From assembly GCF_009914755.1 (NCBI RefSeq), contig NC_060926.1: a stretch of DNA of 64,000 nt. One strand, written 5' to 3'. Positions 50,421 to 62,910 of the stretch are shown here, piece by piece. Both the position numbers and the translations under genes were made by a program. This DNA is from the human T2T-CHM13v2.0 reference genome, Homo sapiens. Numbering within the stretch: the first letter of the stretch is position 1; each line of letters begins with the position of its first letter. The notes under the pieces are model-generated. The model was given only the letters and a program-made list of their open reading frames with translations. It ran no database searches and had not been told where the DNA came from.

Positions 50421-51401
50421 GAAGTCAGAGAGTATGGTATGGAGAAAAAGAATCTGATTGCAAGGCTTAACACCTGGGCTTTGATCCCATCTCTGCTGCT
50501 GATTTGCTGTGTGGCATTGGACAATTCTCTCCATCTCTGTGAATCTTCATTTTATTTTTCTGTTTAGCAAATAATTACAGTGCATCTGCTGAGCCAGGCT
50601 CTCCTATCTGGAGGAGTGAGTAGGCCTACTGTAAGTCTGACCAGCTGCCAACTCTGAGGCCAAACAATCAATGGCATTGCATGACATTGACCACACCTAA
50701 GGTTTTATGAAAACAGTGGTCATGGTAGCTGCACAACGGGATGTGACCTTGCCCTGTTTAGAATACCCAAGGGCAATAAAAGCAATTTTATATCTTTTCC
50801 AGTTCCTGTGGGGAGCAATAAATGCATCACTAAACTCAAAGACCTCAGGAATGAGGAGAAAATTCACTGGAGAACTTGGGCTCAAGCTTTAGCTCATACC
50901 TATTAAGGCCTAGGTAGGGTAAGGCCTCCCACACTGGTCGCATGACATATTGTGGCCGAGCTAGGCTGTTGATTCTCAGCCGCCAAGTGTTTCCTGGAGC
51001 TGCTGGAGGAGGATGGTGGCTGGGTGGGACCTGTCTGGGATGGGGACAGGAATGTTGCTAGAGTACAGCTCAAGGGTGAAATGAAGGCCATAGGCCCTGG
51101 GTGATGACAGAGGCAGCTGCCGCAAGCCAGAGTCCCAGCCACATCTGGGCTTCTGATTGCACAATCCAGCTGTTGGCTGGGCCTGCTGACTCCCCAGTGG
51201 GATGGGCTGGCTGGGAGACTGGAGGAGGGTGGGCTAGAGGCCTTGGGAAAATTCAGCACCTGCAGATGAGTCTGGTGAGTCCCTCTTCCTTTCGGAGAGT
51301 GCCCTGGCTGAGGATGAAAGTGGGTGGGTGGGGGTCGAAGGATCTTTTTCTGTTCTCAGTATCCCTTTATCCTGCTCTCTGTTACCCCATGTTCCTAAAA
51401 A

Positions 51402-51490
51402 GGGAATTTCCACAGTTCCCTTCCCACCATCCTGGGGATTGGGCAGGGGCGGAGGGTGAACTGAGGGGCAAAGGAGAGATGGAAATTCCC
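51402..51490. promoter_or_regulatory. Pair of consensus NF-kB sites flanking a GC box
   Basis: GGGAATTTCC 51402-51411, GGGGCGGAG 51446-51454, GGAAATTCCC 51481-51490. Confidence 0.55.
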
Positions 51491-52849
51491 TTAAAGTTGG
51501 CAATAGTTGGGGGTGCCATGTGCAGGACTGAAACTACTAATCTGTGGCTTCAAGTTTGTTCCAGGAAGGATGCATTCTTAGCACCCCCCAACCTGAGATC
51601 CTTTGTACCCAAGGGTCCCCTGTTCCCTGGAACCTGAAAGAGGTTCTTGAGCTGTTTACTCTCTTGCGCTGTCTACTGTGCATAGGCTGTCTACTCTCTC
51701 ATTAATCTGTGTCCCTCATCTGACCTCTCCCCATGCAGATGTTAAGGCTGGGACCCAGCAAGAGACAGAGTCCTGAGCCCTCCCTAAAGTCAAGAGCCAT
51801 GTCTCGCTTTGGGAAAGGAGTTCCCCCATGCTTCCCCCACAAAGCTGGGGTTCCTGGGGGATTGGGTGCAGAGTGCCCCAGGAAGGGAGGAGTTGGGGAG
51901 GGGGATTCCTTATTCTCCATGATCAGCAGGAGTGAGGCTCTGTGAGGAATAGAACACCACAGCTAATTTTGGCACTCTATTTTTTTTTTTTTTGAGAACT
52001 GGCACAAAACAGAAAATACAATATTTCCTCAATTTTAAGACTTGACTGATTGTGAGAAGCCCTACTGATGTAATAACATGTTTTTATTTTGGTTTGTATT
52101 TTTCCTTTGGTGATGGGGTGGAGAGACTTGAGGTGAGAGTGGGTGTGAATTGCCTGACAAGAACTCAAGCCCCTCTTCCTGTATCAGCAAAATTTGGGGC
52201 TTTCCAAGATGAAGCCAGAATTCTAACTGTCCAGGTTTCTTCTTGTAATTGTGGCTTGAGTGGAGGTGAGATGGTTGGATGAGAAAGTAAAGTAATTCCC
52301 CTCCTTTCCACAACCCCATTCCTAACACACTTCCCATTCCCATTCAAGGGACACATTCTCTGAGGGCCAGAGGGACCTTAAAATACACCTCCAAGTTATG
52401 TTCAGATACATTTAGGGGAAGGGACCCCAGAATTCCTGCCCCCAAAGAAATAATCCCATCTCAGGGCCACCTCAGCAGTTAAAGATTTCTTCTTCATGTG
52501 GAACTAAAATAGACCTCTCGGTACTTCTGGGTTTGAGTTCTACCCTAGGGAGCACAAAGCATAAGTTATATATTTTTAATAAAATGGCAAGTATTCTTAG
52601 ACCTTTTCTTCTTTTGATGAAATTTTCATGCCCCATTTCTTCTGTTTGAAACATGGATTTCAGATTCCTCCCCATCTCGCTGCCCCTTCTATTTGTCAAT
52701 ATCCTGTTTAAAGGATTGAAGCCACAACTTAGCGCCATGTATCAGAGATGGCGTGGTACCCATGGGGCCCTTCCTAAATGATGACATGGTGCATTTTTTC
52801 ATTCCAAGACTGCAAGTATTTTTGTGTCTGTCTGTTTTCCACTGAGCTT

Positions 52850-53780
52850 ATAGTCAATCAAAATTCTTAGGCCCTTTACAAACTGAAATAGTCTTCTATG
52901 TCCTGGCAATTTGTATTTGGTTATTTTCCTGGACCTTAATATAGGATTTTGTACTAAACCTACATTTTAAAATACTTAGTTTTGCTAGATGCACCTTATC
53001 ATCTCAACCAGAGTATTAGTTTCCTATAGCCGCTGTAAAAAAATTACAACACACAACACAAATGTATTATCTTGTAGCCCTGCAGATCAGAAGTCAAAAA
53101 TGGATTTCACTGGGCTAAAATCTAGGCCTAGGCAGGGCTGCGTTCCTCTGGAGGCTCTAAGAGACAACCAATTTCCTTGTCTTCTTTAGTTTCTAGAGGT
53201 TGCTAGCATCCATTGGCTCAAGACCCTTTCCTCCATCTTTAAAGTCAGTAGCACAATATCTTCAAACCTCTCTCCTACTCTGCTTCTACCCTCACATCTC
53301 CTTCTGTAACTATTCAAAAGATTCTTTCTTTCTTTTTCTTTTTTTTTTTTTCCGTTGACCAGCCACAGCAGTATCAAAGGATTCTTGTGATTACATTGGG
53401 CCCACCCAGATAATCCAGGATCATTTTCCCTTCTCAAGATGCTTGACATAATCATACTTGCAAAGTCCCTTTTACCATGAAGGGTAACATATTCTTAGAT
53501 TCCAGGGATTAGGACATGGACAATTTTGAGAGGGCCATTATTCTGCCTACCAACCAGTTAAGATATTTTGGCTCCTGATTGTAGAGTCTAATGTACTAAT
53601 TATTTCTGTTAACAGTTACAGCATCTGTCAAATTGATTTGCGTCCAGCCATTATTCTCATGCAAACTACTGATGAAAATGTTGAGGAAGGCAGGAACCAG
53701 TATAGTCTTCAGGTTGACACTGGTTCATTAACAAACACTCTTGGATTATGATCATTCGTACAGTTAAGAGTCCACAGATA
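52850..53780 (-). mobile_element. L3/CR1 relic split by an MLT1 LTR
   Basis: 'gcatctgtcaaattgatttg...tcatgcaaactactgatgaaaatgttgagg' resembles the antisense CR1 RT region (FNIFI..FADD). Confidence 0.55.
53012..53552 (-). mobile_element. MLT1D-like solo LTR
   Basis: 'gtattagtttcctatagccgctgtaa...gattacattgggcccacccagataatccagg...ccattattctgcctacca'; possible TSD accag. Confidence 0.88.
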
Positions 53781-53969
53781 GACTACATTTCCCCCTGATT
53801 TCTTCCTTCTTTTTCTCCTACCTTCCTTCCCTTCTTTATTTTCTTTTCATAAATCCAATTTATATAAGCACTGCACCAAATTACAGAATATAGGAGGGGA
53901 CAAACTAGAAACAGTCTCTTCCTCATTGGGTCTTATAGTATATTGGTGAAGAAATATTATTAAACAATT

Positions 53970-54400
53970 ACTCTAGCTAAGGTTTGATTTGGCAGTGCCT
54001 ACTGGAGATGCAACTTCAGTGCCTTAAAGAAAAAACTATTTCTCTTTGCCCATGAGAGAAGCCTAAGGTAGGCAGCCCACAGTTAGTAGAGCAGTGCATG
54101 AAGTCATAAGAAATCCACACTATTTGGATCTTTCTGCTTCACTACCCTGGCTTCCATTCTCAGGGACACCTCATATTCCAAGATCAATGCTGAAGCTCCA
54201 ATCATTTCACCCTTTTCAAGTATCAGGACAGAACAGGAAGCAAAGATAAAGAAACGTCTCTGCCCCTTAAAAGGGTTTTCCTGGAAGTTTCCTACAATAC
54301 TTCTACTTATATCTTACTGGCTAGAGCTTATTTAATTACTTGGACATATCTGGCTGCAAAGGGAAGCTGGAAAATATAACTTTTTGTTTGTTGCATTGCA
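53970..54400 (-). mobile_element. Old MLT1 (J/K-like) LTR
   Basis: 'acttctacttatatcttactggctagagctta...ctggctgcaaagggaagctggaaaatata'. Confidence 0.65.
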
Positions 54401-54407
54401 GCTTCCA

Positions 54408-55760
54408 CAAGGGTACCAATGCAATTCAATGGGAAAAGGAAAGTCTTTTCAACAAATAGTGCTGGAACAACTGGATAGCCATATGGAAAACAAAATTCAA
54501 CGCTGACTCCTAACACAAAAATTTATTAGACCTGGATTAGATCAGAATGTAAAAGCTAAAACTATAAAGCTTCAAGAAGAAATCATGAGATAATATTTTT
54601 ATGACTTCGGGGAAAAGATTTCCTAGGTTGGACAAAAAAAAGTACTAACCATAAAATTAAAAAAATTATAAACATAACTTTTGCTCATCAAAATAAAAAA
54701 TATTTGCTTATCAAAAAATATTATTAGAAAAATTAAAAAGCAAGATACAAACTAGAAGAACTCTATCTATCTGATTCATATCCAGAATAAAGATACAAAT
54801 CAATAATGAAAAGATAAACAATACAATAATAACAATTCTACTTATACTGATATCAATACAGTCAGCCCTCTGTGGGTTCCACATCCATGGACTTAACCAA
54901 CCACAGATAAAAAAAATTATTAAAATACCCAGTAACAGATAATAATACAACAATAAAAATAATACAAATAAACAACCAATATCATATAACAATTGTTTGC
55001 GTGGCATTTACATTGGATTAGGCATTCTACGTTATCTACAGATGATTTAAAATACATGGAAGGATGTGCATGGGTTATATACAAATCCTACACCATTTTA
55101 TGTAAGGAACTTGAGTATTCATGGATTTTGGTAGGGGGATCCTGGAACAAATCTCCCATGGATACTGAGAGATGACTATTTTGAAGAACGGTTTGGCAGT
55201 TTTGTATAAAGTTAAACACATACCTAATGTATAACCAGCAATACCACTTCCAGGTATTTACCCAAGAGAAATAAAAACACAGATCCGCAAAAAGATGGTT
55301 CATGATTGGTCATAATTTGCAGAAGCTTATTCATAATTACCCCAAAGTAAAAGCAACCAAATGTTTATCAACAGATAGATTTTTAAAATTGTGGTCTAAT
55401 CATACAGTGGAATACTACTCAGCAATACAAAGGAATGAACCACGACTGCAGCAGCGTGGATGACTCTCAAACACATCACTTTAAATCAAAGAAGTCAGGT
55501 GTAAAGAGTACATACTATATAATTCCATTTATAGAAAGTTCCAGAACAGATAATACTAACATGATAGAAAGCAGAACAGTGGCTTGCTTTGGGGGTGGAG
55601 GAGGGGAGGACCCCCCAGAAGGTGGCATAAAAGTGATGGGAATATTCTCTACCATGACTGAGGTGTGGTTTTCACCAGTGTGTATGTATGGGTCAAAACT
55701 TATCAGGCTGTAGTGTGCAATTAACTGTATGTAAAATATATCTCAATAAAAATTAGAAAG
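54408..55760 (+). mobile_element. Old L1 (L1MC/MD/ME-like) 3' portion, interrupted by Tigger
   Basis: 'ttcaacaaatagtgctggaacaactggatagcc', 'ccaggtatttacccaagagaaataaaaac', terminal 'atatatctcaataaaa'. Confidence 0.85.
54859..55178 (+). mobile_element. Tigger3a/MER7A-like DNA transposon MITE
   Basis: TA + 'cagtcagccctc..gtgggttccacatccatggacttaaccaacc' ... 'ccatggatactgagagatgact' terminal inverted repeats. Confidence 0.85.
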
Positions 55761-55934
55761 TCAAATTTGTAAGCACAGCATGGTGAAAACATGGCTCAGT
55801 AATAGTTCATATGATAAAGAAATATGGCCTCAAATTATCTATGACTGATTTGAACCACAAGCATGAGGTGATTGTTAAGAAAAAAAACTTGACACTAATA
55901 AAGGTTGTACACCCAGGTCAAAGTAGAAAAAATA

Positions 55935-57560
55935 TAGCTATACCAGTTTTCTTTTGGTAAATATTTGCCAAGTAGATATACTTTTTTATCTTTTGTTTTT
56001 AACTTTCCTGTGTTCTTACATTTACAATATATCTTCTAAAAGCGCTTAGCTGTATTCTCAAGTAACCAATATAAAGTGATGAAAATCTTTCCCTTTAAAC
56101 TGGAAAGTTTAATTAATTTACACTTACTGTGATTATTAATTCATTTGGGTTCATTTTATTATATTATTTTGGATTTTCTATTTTCTCCAATTTCTCTAGT
56201 TTTTTTTCTGTTTCTCTATTCTTTTGAATTATTGGAGGGCTTAATATTCCATTTGATCACTCTTATTTGGAAAATACATATTTGTTTATGTTCTATGGGA
56301 ACTTACCTTGTCTACATTGCTGCTTAACAAAGTCCAAAGTTATTCAATATATCTATACTCTTTCTAAACAGTACGAGGACCAAGCATCTTCTAACTTTTG
56401 CATGCCAAAATATTTATTGTATTTAAAGTATTGTATTTCATTCCCATGCGCGTAATGCCCCCAAATTAATCATCATGATAATTCTTGTTTTATAGAATCA
56501 ATACTTCTTTAGATTTGTCTATATGTTTACCAACTTTTTTGTTCACTATAGTTTCTCACATCCCACTACTAACCTCTGGGTTCAGTTCTTTTTTCCTGAA
56601 AAGCATCCATTAGTAGGCTTTTCAGTGAGGGCCTGCAAGTATGCGTCTGCTGTTCTTATGAAAATCTCATTATTTCATTCTCACTTTTGAATTATACTTT
56701 ATCTGGGTGTGGAATTTTAGTTGGCAGTTGCTTTCTCTCAGTACTTTGAAGATGGTCCAGTTGTCATCTGACCTCTCTTATTGCTGATGAAAAGTCTGTA
56801 CTTTTAAATATTTTTCCTTTGTGAGTAATCTGTCTTTTACTACTGGCTGCTTTTATTATCCGTTGGGTTCTGCAATTCCTTGACACTTAATAGACTATGA
56901 AGTGTCTAGATGTGGATTTCTTTTTATTTGTCCTGTTAGGAATTCTTATTTCTTGAATATGAGAAGTCATGATTTTCATCAAGAACATGGATAGTTCTTA
57001 ACTGTTATCTCTTTAAATATTGCCTCTTCCTCATTCTTTATTCTTTCCATTCAGAAATTTATATTTGGTACTTTCTCTTTCTTCCTGAAACATTTATTAA
57101 ACTCCCATTTATATTTCCATCTCTTTTTCTTTCTGTCCTGCAATTTGGGGAATATTCTCAAAATGGTCTTCCAGTTGACTAATTATCTCTGTGGCTGTGT
57201 TTAATATGCCCACCCACTGAGTTTTTAATTTTGGTGAGTCTACTTTTCTGTTCTAGAAGTTCCACTTGGCTCATTTAAAGGTTCACCTGGTCTTTTTAGA
57301 AGGCATTTTTGTTTTTTCATACATTTAATATTTTCTTTTGTCTTTAATAATTAAGACACATTTATTTTACAGTATTTATCGATAGTTCTATTATCAGAAT
57401 TCTTAGGAGTTTACTGCAACTACTAGTTAATTACAGATTTTTTTTTCCTCCGAGTTTCATCTTCAGAGGGTCTTTATGGAAATCTAGTGCTATATGGATT
57501 AAGCACGTAATATTCAAGGATTTTGTGTTTGCTTCTGCCAGACATTTTAGGGATATCACT
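55935..57560 (-). mobile_element. Old L1/HAL1 relic (endonuclease- and ORF1-region fragments)
   Basis: 'ctataccagttttcttttggtaaatatttgcc', 'ttctctcagtactttgaagatg...ttgctgatgaaaagtctg'. Confidence 0.7.
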
Positions 57561-57999
57561 GGGATAAAACTGCTTTTCCTGAGGATCCTATGAGGAGCAC
57601 AAACATGAAGCCCAAGCTTCCAAGAAGGCAGACAAATGGTTAAAAAATTTTAGAGGATTTTTTTCCCACATCTAAATCATAGACAGAGAAAGTAGGCAAT
57701 TGAATATTATTCGATTTCATTTTTGCACTTAGATCATATCCCACGATACTGGAATTATGAAGGGAAATAAATTCCATGGACCATTGATATTTTTGGTGGG
57801 GAATATATTTCATCGCCCATGTCTGGTCTCTTGTTTCCACATGGGCACTGAGACTCAAGCTTCCTGATTTCTGAGTTTGAGAAACCCCTGTATACTATGA
57901 GACCATTTAAAACATAACTGCTTACATTCATGGGGGCTCAACCAACTTCTTTTACATCATGGAAAATTCAACAAAAAGAGAGAAACTTGATGTTTTTAA

Positions 58000-58200
58000 A
58001 TGATAACTTAGGCATTCTGCTGAACTCTGTGTAAGCATCATCCCATTAATCCGCAGTGCAACCCTAAAGGTGGTATTATTATTCTCACTTTTACAGGTGA
58101 GGGAACAAAGCTTCAGAGAGGTTAAGTGATTTTTTTCCAAGATCACACAGCTAGTTACTAGCAGTGGCAGGCTTTAATCCTAAATTTGATAGATACCATA
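58000..58200 (-). mobile_element. MIR (MIRb-like)
   Basis: 'ttttacaggtgagggaacaaagcttcagagaggttaagtgattttttccaagatcacacagctagt'. Confidence 0.9.
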
Positions 58201-58299
58201 GTCCAGGTGTTCCCTCATTTTATGTATGTGTATATATATATACACCTCTGCTCTGGTCTTCAGTAGACCCTCTAACTGTTACATCTATGGCCCCTATCC

Positions 58300-59000
58300 A
58301 CCTTGGCTTTGGCAGGATTTCCTCTTGTTCCTTGACTCCTTTGTTAGAAACTTCCTCTGTTGGCTTCCTGAGGTCTGTCCATTCTTCATCTATGTCTTTA
58401 CTTTCCATCTCTTTCTCCTTTTCATATCTAAAGTGAAGGTATTTTTCCACTTCCCTCATCTTCCCCTAGACTCTTCTCTCCTTTTGCTCCTTTTCCTCCT
58501 GGTGGGCTCACCAGTCCCTTAGCTTTGACCTCCACCTCTAAGCAGGTGACTCTTGAATTTCCATTTCCAGCTCAGTCCTCCCACTCCAACTTCAGACCCC
58601 TGTGTACAATCACCTACCAGACATCTGTACATGGATGACTAACAGGGACCTCAAATTCAATGTACTCACATCCCTACTCATCATCTTTCTCCTGAAACCT
58701 GCCTGGATCTCATCACAGTGAGTACTCTACTTCCTACCCATGCGTAGAGCTCTGGTCTCCTCATACTTCCCACAGATTATACATCACCTCACAAAATATC
58801 TCTACCCACAGTTCATTCTAAGATCCCAGTGTTCATGTGGTCTCCTTCCATGGCCTTGATCTTGCTGTTTCTCTCTCCTTGAATGCCTCTCTTTGCTTTT
58901 CCCTACTCTTACTTCTGGTTTTCAAAACCTTGCCCAACCTACTTGGTCCACCTCAAATTTAACTCCTATATGAAGCCATTCCTTATCTCTGCCTCCTTTA
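58300..59000 (+). mobile_element. L2 fragment
   Basis: 'ccatttccagctcagtcctcccactccaacttcagacc...gacatctgtacatggatgactaacagggacctcaaattcaatgt'. Confidence 0.75.
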
Positions 59001-59029
59001 AACAAATCCCTTGGTAAATTTTAACAGAT

Positions 59030-59452
59030 GCTGTCTGTGCCCATATCCTCTTGCTCTTTCCATCTTAGTGCATTCTGGCTCAATTTCCAAGTACCAGCCC
59101 CCATATTTATTTTCCAGAGGGGTTTCTCTGGTCACTGGTAGCTTTGTCCTTCATACAGCGGGCTAGAAGTATGGGTATGTTAACATTCCCTACAAACAGC
59201 TTCAACCAATACATACCCAGCTCCTCATTCTTGGGTAAAATGACTGAGCAGGGGTCTTATGTTGGTCCCTGGATAGTCTCTAGTCAGATTCTAAACTGTA
59301 GTTGCCTACAGTGGTAACTGTCTTGTTAGGGCACCCACTGATGGCCCTCCCTTCCTTGTCTCAGGTCCCCACTTCTGGAAATACCTCTTAAATAGACAAC
59401 TTCACTTACATCCTTGTCTCAGGGCCTGCTCTGGAAGGCTCTAGCTAGGATG
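59030..59452 (+). mobile_element. LTR16A/B-like solo LTR
   Basis: 'agttgcctacagtggtaactg...cccttccttgtctca...aaatagacaacttcacttacatccttgtctcagggcctgctctgg'. Confidence 0.7.
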
Positions 59453-59659
59453 CATGTGGCCTGTGGCCATCCCAGCACACTCACATTCAGCGTTGTTTTT
59501 TGATGCTGTTCATCCTTCTGTTTCCAGCCTTGGTGGAGCCCTGCCCATCAAGGATGATGAGGGAATGGTGGTTCAATGAAAAGGCCCTGGAGCCTACAGA
59601 TATAAGTTAGGGACTGCTTGTGGTGTGTGCTGTATGTCAGAAGGCCACTCAGCACAGAC

Positions 59660-59772
59660 TGTGTGTGTGTGCATGTATGTGTGTGTATATGTGTGCGTGT
59701 GTGTGCATGTGTGTATGTGTGCATGCATGTGTGCATGTGTGTACGTGCATGTGTGTGTATGCATGCATGTGC
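59660..59772 (+). repeat. Alternating purine-pyrimidine (TG/TGCA) tract
   Basis: ~113 nt uninterrupted RY alternation with eight TGCATG hexamers. Confidence 0.9.
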
Positions 59773-60263
59773 TTGTGCTATTGAAGCCATGCGAGCAAGA
59801 GAACACCCAGAAGAGAGAGGTAGGGGGAAGTGGAGTCCTCAGTGGTGGAGGCCCAGCATGGGGAGGCCTGATAGACAGTGGCAGAAAAATAGTTCCAGAA
59901 AGCTAAGCTGAGGCAGATGAGGCTGAAAGTCGAAGGTGAGAAGGAGGGTTTTACCTTTTAAAAAGTAAGCAATGAACTAGAACCTTGAAGAATACTATCC
60001 CAACCTGAGCATGCCAACTTCGTCTTCTGCCCCAGGGAGGCCCCACTTCACTTGCAAGGTTTCTTCAGGCCAGTAGCACCAGGATCCTTGGGTTCTGGGC
60101 CCCTTCCTGCCCATCAGCACTCATTCTTGGTGACCCATTGCCCTTCCCAAGGGCCTAAGACCCACCCAGCAACCAGACAGGAGGGCCAGGCCTCCTCAAC
60201 ACCCTGATCTCTAGCTCAGGCACTTCACAAATGTCTGCTCTGCATCGCCCCTGTCTTCACCTC

Positions 60264-60281
60264 TGAGTCATTCTTGACTCA
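60264..60281. promoter_or_regulatory. Inverted pair of AP-1 sites
   Basis: TGAGTCA-ttct-TGACTCA. Confidence 0.5.
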
Positions 60282-61904
60282 CTCCAGTCCTTTCCCCTCT
60301 GTCCCTCCAGGACAGGCCTGGAAGCCAGTGGGACTGGGAATTGTTCTGAGTGGAGAGAGTGTTTCAGGCCCTCGTGCTGACCTCCACCCTCCTGCAGGCT
60401 GGAATTGTATGAACAGCACACTCCTTCCAGTGAATACACCATACTCACCCACATGTGCCTCAGCCAGCAGCCCTGGGCCTGGAGGATTGGGAGGCAACAG
60501 CATTTACCAAGGAGATGGGGCAAGGCCAGGATGCCCCAAAAGGCTGGACTGGGCGCCAGCATCTGTCTGGGATGACCTCTTACCTGCTTCTGAGGCAGGG
60601 ACCTAAGGCTCTTTTTCGGCCAGCCCGGGGAGGAAATGGGACTTCTGCAGAAGATTCAAGCTCTATAAAGATAACCCATGCTAGAGAGAGGCAGATGGGA
60701 GCAGCATGGAAGAAAGGAAGTTCTTTGGCTTAGGAAGAATGGTCCCTGCAACTCTGCCCATTAAACTCAGAGATTTAAACAGGGTAGGAGCTGCCTGGAT
60801 TTAGGCTAAGCATCAAGAAAGGACCTCATGAAAAAATCAATGAACGAGGCAATGTTGAACACCTGCTCTGAAACGCTGCATTATTAGGCCACTTGTGACA
60901 GAAACAAGGGAAGAAGCCATCCTTACCCACAGGAAGGAGGCATCCTTACTTACAAGTGTCTTCTCCCATGCCCTAGGGACCTCCCCACAGACCCTTCCTC
61001 CACCCCTGCATCCCTGGGGTCAGAGGCAGGAGGCTTTTCTCCTGGCAAAGGCTGGTCTCTCCTTCCATGTCCTTCAGCCAGGACACTCTGGTTCCTTCCC
61101 ATCCCTTTAGGTCACTGCTATGATGCCAATCTCCTCCCAGGAACGCTGGGTCTAAATCAGGCCCTCCTCAACACCACTGTGTCCCCTTATCACCCCCAAA
61201 GGAAATTATATTATGCATTGACTTATTCACTTATCAATTGTCTGCCCCCACTAAAATCTAATTCCCATGAAAGTAAAGATGTTGTCTTATTCCCTTTGGT
61301 ATCCCTGACATTCAGACAGTGCCTGGAACAGAGGAAGAATTATTCCAGGAGGTACAAAGGGGTGGCCTCCATCCATGGAAGCTCACAGTCTTTAGAGGAG
61401 GGAGAACTCTACATCAATGAAAGAGCTAGAGAGCAGCTTAACACTAGGAAAGGGTGTCATGGGGCTTGTCTCGGCAGTTGAAGAAAGGCTTTCTGGAGTA
61501 GGTGAACCTTCCATGGGACCCAGAATGATAGGAATGAGTGAGGAGAGAAGGAGGGAGTGGCATGCCAAGTGGGGAGCCCTTCTACATAGGCCGATTGGCC
61601 ATGATGAGTAGTGTGTGGGGTACAGGGGGGAGGCTTGGGAGGCTGGAGCAGTGAGAAGGTGTGGTGGCTTTGTAGAATGGCCTCTACCTGTGTTCTCTTC
61701 CCCAGTGCGCCACCATCCTTGGAAGCCAGTGTGTTGTTCATTGTAACAGCAATGGTGGCATAAATAATATGGTGGTAGTTTTGGGCAGGAGGGAAGACAG
61801 GGGACTCTCAGGAGAGCTGAGTTGTAGTCTTACTCTGGTCATTCATACACTGTGCGGGTCACCTGGCCAATCCAATCCTTTGTTTTCTCATCTGTAAGGC
61901 CAAT

Positions 61905-62910
61905 GATTCATTTATTTACTCACCAAACATTTCTTGAGCACTGACTGTGTACCAAGTACTGTCCAAGACACTGGGAACAAAGTCAGGTCCTAGCCGGACA
62001 TGGTCCCTTTCTGCTGGAGCTTGCAATCTGCTGGGAAAGCCACACGTCAAATAACCTACCTACAAATTCATCATTTCATATTTCAGCAGTGTTACGAAGG
62101 GAAGGTGCCAGGTGCTAGGTGGAGGAATAGCAAGAGAACTCATTTAGAATGTGGATCAGGAAGGGCCTTCTGAGGAGGGGATATTTTATCTGAGACCTGA
62201 GATGAGAAGACATCAACCAGGGGAAAAATGGAGGAAAAAGTCTTCCAGACAAGAGAACAACAGGGGCAAAGGCCTAGAGATAGGAGAAAGCTTGTCTTGT
62301 TCAAAAACGTGACAAGTGGCTGACATGGCAGGAGTGAGACTAGAGGGAGCGGGTGGGACCAGACCATGCACAGCCTTGAGAACCATGGTCAGGAGTTTGA
62401 ACTTTATCACGAAGCAGCTGAAAACCTACTGCAGGATTCTAAGCAAGGTGGTAGCATAACCCAGTCAATACCTTAAGAAGATGACCCTGTCTGCTCAGTG
62501 GAGGACAGGGTAGGGTTGCAGCATAGGCAGGAGATGATGGAGGCTTAGACGGGGGTAGTGGTGGTAGAGATGGAAAGAAGTGAGGTGAGTGAATCCTGGA
62601 CACATCTGGGAGGTGGAATCCATAGGTTCTGGTAGTGGATGGATATGGCAGGTGAGGGAGGGGAACCAAGGGTCACTTGCAGGTTTCTGACATGGTTCAG
62701 AGAGGCCTGTGAAAGGGATAAGGAGCCTGGGGGAGGAAGAGATATAGGGGCAAGATGGAGAGCTCAGTTTTGGACATGCTAAGACACAAGTAGCTGTGGT
62801 GTTTCCAAGTAGAACATCTTGAAGACAGTCTGGAGCACAGAAGAATGTTCTGGGCATGAGGGCAAATTTAAGAATCAGGGCATATGGTATTCAGAGCCAA
62901 AAGGTGAGAC
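61905..62910 (-). mobile_element. L2 element, 3' ~1 kb
   Basis: 'attcatttatttactcaccaaacatttcttgagcactgactgtgtaccaag...gagctcagttttggacatgctaag'. Confidence 0.88.

Noticed and set aside
50078-50567. M/V-, D/G- and T/I-rich ORFs
   Set aside because: Translations of a trinucleotide array
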